Shown here: positions 44,427 to 51,128 of the stretch, piece by piece
Numbering within the stretch: the first letter of the stretch is position 1
Layout of the letters: the number at the start of each line of letters is the position of its first letter
Source: a virus
Taxonomy: Duplodnaviria; Caudoviricetes
IMG/VR virus record: IMGVR_UViG_3300012232_000017
Location: 1 to 51,128 of that record
Reading direction: 5' to 3' (one strand)
DNA length: 51,128 nucleotides
Made by a program: the position numbers and the translations under genes
Notes under the pieces: generated by a model
Database searches by the model: none
What the model was told of the DNA's origin: nothing
The model's input: only the letters and a program-made list of their open reading frames with translations

Positions 44427-45164
44427 ATGACAACTGCTGAATTGAAGAATGAATTTCTTATTCATTATAATGCAATAGCTACTAATAGTGCTCCTGGATT
44501 AGATGATTACGAGATTAGTGTATTTTTAACCAAAGCTCAATTAGAGTTAGTGAAATCTCATTATAATCCTGCTGGTAATAAATACAACGATGGATTTGAA
44601 AATTCAGAAAAAAGAAGAGTTGATCTAAGAGAGTTGATAGTTAATCATCTTTCTACTACTGAAATAAACGATCCACATAAGCTTAGCCCTGATTCACAAT
44701 TTTATGTAATACCTAATGATGTATTTTTAATTGTGCAGGAATTCGCTAGGGTTACTGGCAACGATTGTTTAAATGGGAAATACCTAGATGTATATCCAAA
44801 AACACATGACGAAGTTAACCTTCAACTAAAGAATCCTTTCAAAAAACCTGATGCAGATCATATTTGGAGAATAGACTATTCTAAGGTTAACGGTAAAAAA
44901 GTAGTCGAATTGATAAGCCCTTACAATATAGTCGAGTATAGACTAAGGTATTTGAAATACCCTTTGCCCATTATCTTAACGAATTTAAGTACGGCATTTC
45001 CAGGAGAGGGACTTACAATCGATGGACTTTTTACTCAAACGCAATGTGAACTCAATGAAGAAATTCATAGAGAAATAGTTGACCGTGCAGTAGAACTAGC
45101 ACTCAGAGACTATAAACCTTCTAATTTAGAATCAAAAATTCAATTAGATCAAAGAAACGAATAA
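44427..45164 (+). CDS. Tail ring / head-tail connector protein (crAss-like)
   Basis: SNSAPGLDDYEISVFLTKAQ-type start, FENSEKRRVDL, Y.LRYLKYP.PIIL and CEL...H.EIV..AV.LA. Confidence 0.7.
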   Translation: MTTAELKNEFLIHYNAIATNSAPGLDDYEISVFLTKAQLELVKSHYNPAGNKYNDGFENSEKRRVDLRELIVNHLSTTEINDPHKLSPDSQFYVIPNDVFLIVQEFARVTGNDCLNGKYLDVYPKTHDEVNLQLKNPFKKPDADHIWRIDYSKVNGKKVVELISPYNIVEYRLRYLKYPLPIILTNLSTAFPGEGLTIDGLFTQTQCELNEEIHREIVDRAVELALRDYKPSNLESKIQLDQRNE

Positions 45165-45186
45165 TAATATAAAAAATTAAATTAAT

Positions 45187-46209
45187 ATGTTTGGACCTAG
45201 ACAAGTAGGCGAAATTATAATTGGAACCACAGCAGCAGCACAAACAACTATTGCTACTTTTATTGCTTCTGCAGCAGATAAGTCTGTTGTAGTATTATCA
45301 TCTGATGGTGCGTCTGCACCACTAGCTAAGGAGTCATTTAAGTTGTATCAAAAAACTGGTGGTGATGCTACAAAGAATTTAAATTATGAATTCTCAGATA
45401 CAATTGAGCCTCGTTACGTTGAAAGAGTTACTTGCCAGCCTTATGCGCCAGAAGTACAAAAATTAGTTACATATACAGTAGTAAGTGTTCCGACAGCTGC
45501 AACTGGAGAAGTAACATATGAAGCTGAAATAAGACTTTATAATGATGGTGGATCTCTATCTCCTGAGAACTTTGCAGTTATTGGTGGATATTATGTAGCA
45601 ACTACTGCTGACACAACTACTACAATTAAGGATGGCCTTGTATTATCTTTACAAAGAAACCTTTTAAAAAGAGGTAATTCTGAATTAACAGTATTATCTA
45701 CAGGTGCTGCTACATTTACTGTTGAAGGTAAATATCAATCAGTTGTTCCTGGTAAGATTATCGGAAAACAAATTGAATTTGATGCTCTTGCTAAATCATT
45801 TTCAAATGCTTATAGCTTAACTACTTTATCTCAAAACTTAGGTATATTGACAGTTGTTACTACAACTCCACCAAAACCAGGTATGGGTACAGGTAAACAT
45901 GCTGTAAACTACGAATGGTTTGTAAAAGGATATAAGTATGATCCTGCAAGACAAGTAGGTTATCCTGCAGATTTTGCTACACCTTACTATGCATCAGAAG
46001 CTGGATTATATAATGTAATCCAGATTATCTATTACGGACAACGTAATGAGACTTCTGTTGAAAGACAATATAAGGTATTATCTATTTATATGGATAAGGT
46101 AACTGCAACACCTAACTCTACTAATGCCGCAACAAATACAATTCTTGATGCAATTAGAGTTGCTGTACAAGACTTTGCATTTGTTCCACCTGTATTACCA
46201 GTAGTGTAA
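45187..46209 (+). CDS. Structural protein, probable auxiliary capsid protein
   Basis: 340 aa, Thr/Ala/Val-rich beta protein followed by a terminator; position matches the crAss-like auxiliary capsid gene. Confidence 0.55.
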   Translation: MFGPRQVGEIIIGTTAAAQTTIATFIASAADKSVVVLSSDGASAPLAKESFKLYQKTGGDATKNLNYEFSDTIEPRYVERVTCQPYAPEVQKLVTYTVVSVPTAATGEVTYEAEIRLYNDGGSLSPENFAVIGGYYVATTADTTTTIKDGLVLSLQRNLLKRGNSELTVLSTGAATFTVEGKYQSVVPGKIIGKQIEFDALAKSFSNAYSLTTLSQNLGILTVVTTTPPKPGMGTGKHAVNYEWFVKGYKYDPARQVGYPADFATPYYASEAGLYNVIQIIYYGQRNETSVERQYKVLSIYMDKVTATPNSTNAATNTILDAIRVAVQDFAFVPPVLPVV

Positions 46210-46229
46210 TAATAATTAACCTAATAACT

Positions 46230-46261
46230 AAGGGGAGAGTAGAACACTCTTCCCTTTTTTT
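46230..46261 (+). terminator. Intrinsic terminator
   Basis: AAGGGGAGAGT-AGAAC-ACTCTTCCCTT followed by a T tract. Confidence 0.8.
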
Positions 46262-46272
46262 ATGAAATCAAT

Positions 46273-46854
46273 ATGATAGCAATAAACAATTTTTCGATAA
46301 TAGACAATGGTAGTAAGTTATCTATAGACGTAGAAACAGATGTAGGTTTTATTATTACAAAGATTAGAATATGGGATATGGATTCTTTTAAGGATTATGC
46401 ATTAGCTCATGATTTGACATCTAAATTAGAACAGATTAATAATAAAGAGGTTCTTATAATTACTGCAGATGAATTAGAGATTACAGCATTTACTGACATA
46501 TGGTTTATGGAAGTAGAAAGTAATGCTCCAGTAGGAACATGTAGTACTTGTCAGAATCCAGCTCTTGCCATTACTTATAACTTATATCCTTATTATGCTT
46601 GCTCATTAAATGAATTTTTAAGAGTTAAGAATGAAGATTGTTCTGGCTGTAAAACTACTATAAATAAAGGACTTATTACATCAATTAACTTATTAATCGA
46701 ATCAGTAATATTTAATATAGAACTAGGATTCTATTCAGATGCAATAGAAGACGTTCATAGACTACAGAAACTATGTAGCTTAAGTGATTCATGTGTAAAC
46801 TGCGGAACAGTAGAATGTACTACCTGCGGAACTTTTAAACAATTTAATCCATGA
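46273..46854 (+). CDS. Cys-rich virion (tail hub-like) protein
   Basis: Beta-rich N-domain, multiple CxxC and a Cys-rich C-terminus; in the structural module. Confidence 0.55.
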   Translation: MIAINNFSIIDNGSKLSIDVETDVGFIITKIRIWDMDSFKDYALAHDLTSKLEQINNKEVLIITADELEITAFTDIWFMEVESNAPVGTCSTCQNPALAITYNLYPYYACSLNEFLRVKNEDCSGCKTTINKGLITSINLLIESVIFNIELGFYSDAIEDVHRLQKLCSLSDSCVNCGTVECTTCGTFKQFNP

Positions 46855-47564
46855 TAGAACTAAACGAAGTTAACCATGCTTCGGTAGTAAACGCTTCATT
46901 AACTAAAATATATAATAATGCTAGAATAACAGGTAAACTTAATTCTATAGACATATATATATTAAATGTATTATTTAAATTAATTAATGACTGCAATTTA
47001 GTACTTACGCATGATCAGAAAAAACGATTGCAGTGTATATATAGACAACTATATAATACTTCTCCAGATATATGCAAGGTTCAAAATCTACAAAGTTATA
47101 GAACACCTTCATCTTTAGTAACTGATTTTATAATTGCTGAAGTAGGAGATAAACAAACTGATCCATTAGTAATGAAAATATACTATTGGCAAGAACTTAC
47201 ACCTTATACTGGAACTTTAGAAATAGCTAATGCTATTATCAATGATAATTATTTAGATGATAAACCTTTTGCATCTAAATTAGAGTTTGAATTTGGTATA
47301 GATGTACCTCTTAAACATATAGGAAGAGTTGTATTTGCTGTTGACCCAGGATTTGCTTCAGGTGAATTCGTTATAACAGATTGGTTAGGCAATGATATAA
47401 CACATGCATTTGCCAAGACTACAATAGTATCTATGAATATAGTTATATTTGTATCTTCAACTTTTCATTCACATGGAATTCTTAATGTACATATAAAACA
47501 AACTGCAGAAGGAACGCCTAATACAAACATATTTACTGTCGAATTTAATAATATATTTTCTTAA
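46851..47564 (+). CDS. Putative virion or tail-associated protein
   Basis: In the structural operon; ends IFTVEFNNIFS. Confidence 0.55.
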   Translation: MIELNEVNHASVVNASLTKIYNNARITGKLNSIDIYILNVLFKLINDCNLVLTHDQKKRLQCIYRQLYNTSPDICKVQNLQSYRTPSSLVTDFIIAEVGDKQTDPLVMKIYYWQELTPYTGTLEIANAIINDNYLDDKPFASKLEFEFGIDVPLKHIGRVVFAVDPGFASGEFVITDWLGNDITHAFAKTTIVSMNIVIFVSSTFHSHGILNVHIKQTAEGTPNTNIFTVEFNNIFS

Positions 47565-47565
47565 A

Positions 47566-49569
47566 ATGACAAATGCACAATTAAAGGCGCAGATAGATGC
47601 AGCCATTACAAATAAAACAACACCTAATTCTGTTACACCTCCTGACGTTGGAAACAATATGAAGGATATAGTTGACTATATAGATCAAGAAATTGATTTA
47701 ACTCCTATTGATGCTAATCTTGTACATAAAACTATAGACGAAACTATAACTAGTCAAAAGACATTTACTACACAAGCTACTAAGAATTCTATTATTATTA
47801 ATAATAGTTTAGGAACTAATGGTATTTTAATAAATCAATCATCTAATGGTTATGGTTTAGTTATTGCTTCAAGTGGAAGTGGTTCTGGGATAATAGTAGA
47901 TTCAACATTGCCAGGAACATCTGGTATAGAAATACTTAATAGCTCAGCTAATATTGGCTTGTATATAGGTAATTCAGGAACTGGAACAGGAATTAAAATA
48001 GATCATAGTTCTACTGGAGCCGGTATACTTTTAACTAATAATTTAACAGAAGGATCTGGATTAAAAATAGTTAATAATGGTGCAGATACTTTTGGTATTG
48101 AAATAGGTAATACTACTGGTTATGGAATTCAAATGACTAATTCTTCTGGATTAGGTATGCATATATTTAATTCAGGTACATCTCCTATAGGTATTGATAT
48201 AGAAACAGGTCCTGCAACAGGAAAAGGAATACGTATTTTTAATCAAAATGCAGCAACTGGAATAGAAATAATTAATGCTACTGGAAAAGGAATTCTTGCT
48301 ACTAATTCTGGAGTAGGAACAGGTGTAAATATAATTAATTCTAATACTGGAAATGGATTAGATATAACTAATAGTTCAACAGGATTTGGTATAAATGTAA
48401 ATAATACTGGTGGAAGTATAGGAATACATGTTTCTAATAATGAAAGAGGTATTCATGTTAATAATCAAGCTACAAGTGTAAGTGGTATTTCAGTAGTTAA
48501 TCAAACAACTGCATCTACTGGTATAGAAATATTAAATGAATTTTTTGACGCAAAAGGAATAGTAATAGCTAATTCAAACAATAGTCCAGCTATAGAAGTT
48601 AATAATTCTGGAACAGGTAGTGCATTAACTATACTTAATAGTTCTCCTGGAAATGGTATAAATATAGGAAATGAGGAAGGATATGGATTAAGTATTGTAC
48701 ACAATGCTGCTGGATATTCTGGAATTATTATTGAATCAAGTACAGATCAAGCTTTAGAAATAGTTAATAATGGTATAGGATCTGGAATACTTATATCAAA
48801 TCCAGCTAGCGGTAAAGGAATAGCAATATCTAATGATAGTGATGGAATTGGTATTCTTTTAACAAATAATGCAATTGGTGTTGGATTTAGTTTAACTAAT
48901 TCAGCTCCTGGTTATGGAATGTATTTAAATAATACAGTTGCTGGATCTGGAATATATATAAATAATGCAACTTCAGGAATTGGTTTAGATATTGCTAATG
49001 CTCAATCAACAGGTAAGGGTATTAATTTAGAAAATAACGGTACTGGTAGTGGCATGGTTATAGCTAATGCTGTTGGAGGAAATGGACTTTTAATAACAAA
49101 TAGTGCAGGAACAGGAATAAGAGTTACTAATACTGGATCAACATCTGGTATAGCTGTAACAAATTCAACTTCAGGACATGGTGTTGATATTACAAGTAAT
49201 GGTAATGGAGAAGGAGTTAGAATTATAAATAGTTCAAGTTCTTATGGTGTATCAATAAATACAACATCTTTTGGAGAAGCTATAAATATATTTAATAGTG
49301 GTACTGGCGGAGGCGGAAGTATATTAATTAATAATTCATCTACAGCAACTGGAATTCCATTTAAGTTTCAGAAAAATTCTATAGATAGAGTTGTAATTAA
49401 TGATGCAGGACATATAAATGCAGTACAATTTAATGTAACAGCTTTAAATACAGCACCTGCATCAGTTGGAGCAGCTGGAACTGTTGGAGAAATAAGAATT
49501 GTTGCAGACGCAATATATATCTGTATAGCTCCAAGTACATGGAGAAGAGCTTCATTAACAACATTTTAA
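47566..49569 (+). CDS. Tail fibre or spike with an 11-residue-repeat beta-solenoid
   Basis: Roughly 45-50 tandem GI.I.N...G. repeats; C-terminal APAS.GA.GT.GEIR....IYIC.A..TW.R fibre cap motif. Confidence 0.75.
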   Translation: MTNAQLKAQIDAAITNKTTPNSVTPPDVGNNMKDIVDYIDQEIDLTPIDANLVHKTIDETITSQKTFTTQATKNSIIINNSLGTNGILINQSSNGYGLVIASSGSGSGIIVDSTLPGTSGIEILNSSANIGLYIGNSGTGTGIKIDHSSTGAGILLTNNLTEGSGLKIVNNGADTFGIEIGNTTGYGIQMTNSSGLGMHIFNSGTSPIGIDIETGPATGKGIRIFNQNAATGIEIINATGKGILATNSGVGTGVNIINSNTGNGLDITNSSTGFGINVNNTGGSIGIHVSNNERGIHVNNQATSVSGISVVNQTTASTGIEILNEFFDAKGIVIANSNNSPAIEVNNSGTGSALTILNSSPGNGINIGNEEGYGLSIVHNAAGYSGIIIESSTDQALEIVNNGIGSGILISNPASGKGIAISNDSDGIGILLTNNAIGVGFSLTNSAPGYGMYLNNTVAGSGIYINNATSGIGLDIANAQSTGKGINLENNGTGSGMVIANAVGGNGLLITNSAGTGIRVTNTGSTSGIAVTNSTSGHGVDITSNGNGEGVRIINSSSSYGVSINTTSFGEAINIFNSGTGGGGSILINNSSTATGIPFKFQKNSIDRVVINDAGHINAVQFNVTALNTAPASVGAAGTVGEIRIVADAIYICIAPSTWRRASLTTF

Positions 49570-49581
49570 TAATATATAGAT

Positions 49582-50946
49582 ATGGCAACGTTTAGCGATA
49601 TAGCAACAAGTCTAAGAGTAACAACTATGTTACCATTAGATCATAAAAGATTTTATCCAAATGAATTAATATTATCTAATTTAGGTATTGACAATAATTT
49701 GGCATTTACCTATTATGATCATCTTAAAGTATTTTGTTGGGCAGAGAAATCAGAATGGGTCTGGAGAGAAGTTGTAGCAGGTGACACTACACAAAAACTT
49801 CTTGCTTCAGACTTTACATATCCGAATGGAGCGGCTTATCCGCCAAATCCTTCGTATGATGGTAAAAAATATAATTTTCATAAATTAATAGAAGGTGCTG
49901 ATACTAAATTAGTAGCTGGAGCTAATATAACTATAACAGGTAATGGTAATGTAGCTACACCTTATGTTATAAATAGTACAGCAACTTATACGCCACCTAC
50001 ATCAGATATACCTCCTTTACAAAAGATAAATGAAGGTCCTGGTGATGGTATTATAATTAGAGGTAGAGATGCAACTAAATATGGACCAGTAGGAGATCGT
50101 GCATTTGATATAAGTTATTCAACACTTCTTGCGTCAAGTTCTCAAGGAGCAACAGGAAGGCTTTCGTTTGCTCAAGGAGAATTAGTTATTTCTAGTGCTC
50201 CATATTCAGTAACATTTGGATTAGCATGTGTTAATAGTGGAGAAAACTCTTTTGTAAATGGAGTAAATATAACATGTGGATCTAGAGATTCTACTGTATT
50301 TGGATATGGAAACGCATCTACAGGTAAAGGAAATACTGTACTTGGAATAGGTAATACAGTTAATGGATCAGGTGTAGTAGTATTAGGAAATGCAGCTAAT
50401 ATAATAAGTTCATCTTTATCAGATTACAATTCATCTCTTACAAAACCTGTATTAGTCGTTGGTAATGGAGTTATAGATAATACAGCACTTACCGTAACAT
50501 CAAGAAGTGACGCTTTTATAGTTAGATATAATGGAATATTAGAAGCTCCTAATATGACTATAGTTGGAATAACTACTGGTATAGGAAGAACTTTAGTTAC
50601 TAAAGAATACTTAGCTACTCAGATAGTTACTACATCGTATAAATCATATGTAGCTACAATTACTCAAACAGGTACTAATGCTCCAGTTGCTGTAATTTTA
50701 CATAATGATTTTATTCCTGCACCAATTTGGAATTATGGAAGCGCAGGAGTATATTCTCTTCAATTATCTGGAGCTTGGGTTAATAACAAAACTGCATTAT
50801 ATATAAGTACTACAAGTCAATTTTCGGATTTTTCTATATCAAAAATTGATAGTAATTTCATATCAGTTGGTTCAACTAATAGCGCAGGTGTTCCAACAAA
50901 TGGAATGCTTAATGGTAATACAGTTGAGGTTAGAGTTTATAATTAA
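49582..50946 (+). CDS. Tail fibre / adhesin-like protein
   Basis: LVAGANITITGNG...PYVINS segment, 14-residue YadA-head-like repeats (S.x.G..N.x.G) and VVGNG...RSDAF. Confidence 0.7.
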   Translation: MATFSDIATSLRVTTMLPLDHKRFYPNELILSNLGIDNNLAFTYYDHLKVFCWAEKSEWVWREVVAGDTTQKLLASDFTYPNGAAYPPNPSYDGKKYNFHKLIEGADTKLVAGANITITGNGNVATPYVINSTATYTPPTSDIPPLQKINEGPGDGIIIRGRDATKYGPVGDRAFDISYSTLLASSSQGATGRLSFAQGELVISSAPYSVTFGLACVNSGENSFVNGVNITCGSRDSTVFGYGNASTGKGNTVLGIGNTVNGSGVVVLGNAANIISSSLSDYNSSLTKPVLVVGNGVIDNTALTVTSRSDAFIVRYNGILEAPNMTIVGITTGIGRTLVTKEYLATQIVTTSYKSYVATITQTGTNAPVAVILHNDFIPAPIWNYGSAGVYSLQLSGAWVNNKTALYISTTSQFSDFSISKIDSNFISVGSTNSAGVPTNGMLNGNTVEVRVYN

Positions 50947-50959
50947 TAAATAAAACAAC

Positions 50960-51128
50960 ATGGCAATAATAGAATGCAATGAGATAAATCAGACAATTAA
51001 CGAATTGCTAACTGCATTTCAAGATTGCAAGACAATAAAGAATACTGACTTAATTAGGTTAGTAGAATTAGTTCAAGCTGTTAATATATGTGCTAATGGT
51101 GGTGCTAATTATAGTGACACTGTAGAGG
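50960..51128 (+). CDS. Partial ORF, probable structural protein
   Basis: MAIIECNEINQTINELLTAFQDCKTIKNTDLIRLVELVQAVNICANGG..., open to the window edge. Confidence 0.55.
   Translation, partial: MAIIECNEINQTINELLTAFQDCKTIKNTDLIRLVELVQAVNICANGGANYSDTVE

Noticed and set aside
992-48704. Short antisense or alternate-frame ORFs in the track (e.g. 1275..1580+, 10066..10284+, 26829..27077+, 28011..28256-, 35184..35474-, 42091..42378-, 48501..48704-)
   Set aside because: They are shadows of longer motif-bearing genes or of repeat and RNA regions, run against the local transcription direction or frame, and have no recognisable motifs.
47566-50946. Diversity-generating retroelement target or template repeats in fibre genes
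   Set aside because: No reverse transcriptase and no near-identical ~100-nt repeat pair differing at adenines was seen in the window.
1-51128. Stop-codon reassignment (TAG or TGA), known in some crAss-like phages
   Set aside because: TerL, portal, MCP and helicase are full length in code 11, several ORFs end in TAG or TGA with tight coupling to the next gene, and no suppressor tRNA is seen. The CTAG in the 14855 tRNA loop is out of register for a CUA anticodon.

Overview
The window is about 51 kb of an AT-rich crAss-like (Crassvirales-type) phage genome. The host is most likely a Bacteroidota/Flavobacteriia bacterium, judged from TTTG-N20-TAnnTTTG promoters, a T9SS C-terminal domain and a Bacteroidetes-type tmRNA. 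It uses standard code 11 and has two divergent arms. The leftward arm (1-27.6 kb, minus strand) carries primase, a Sak4-like ATPase, DnaB helicase, two gamma-glutamylcyclotransferases, a partial ATP-grasp-like gene, a Prs-like plus Nampt-like pair (NARP1-like NAD+ reconstitution) coupled to a HAD gene, a five-member uncharacterised paralog family, a tmRNA with a 29-aa tag, several tRNA-like and other structured RNAs, an 863-aa T9SS-cargo protein and many small membrane ORFs. A repeat-rich switch region lies at about 26.8-28.0 kb. The rightward arm (28-51 kb, plus strand) carries a ferritin/Dps-like protein, PhoH, an IHF-like protein, GroES- and GroEL-like chaperonins, terminase, portal, major capsid protein and tail/fibre genes. 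All calls come from reading motifs by eye; no searches were run.
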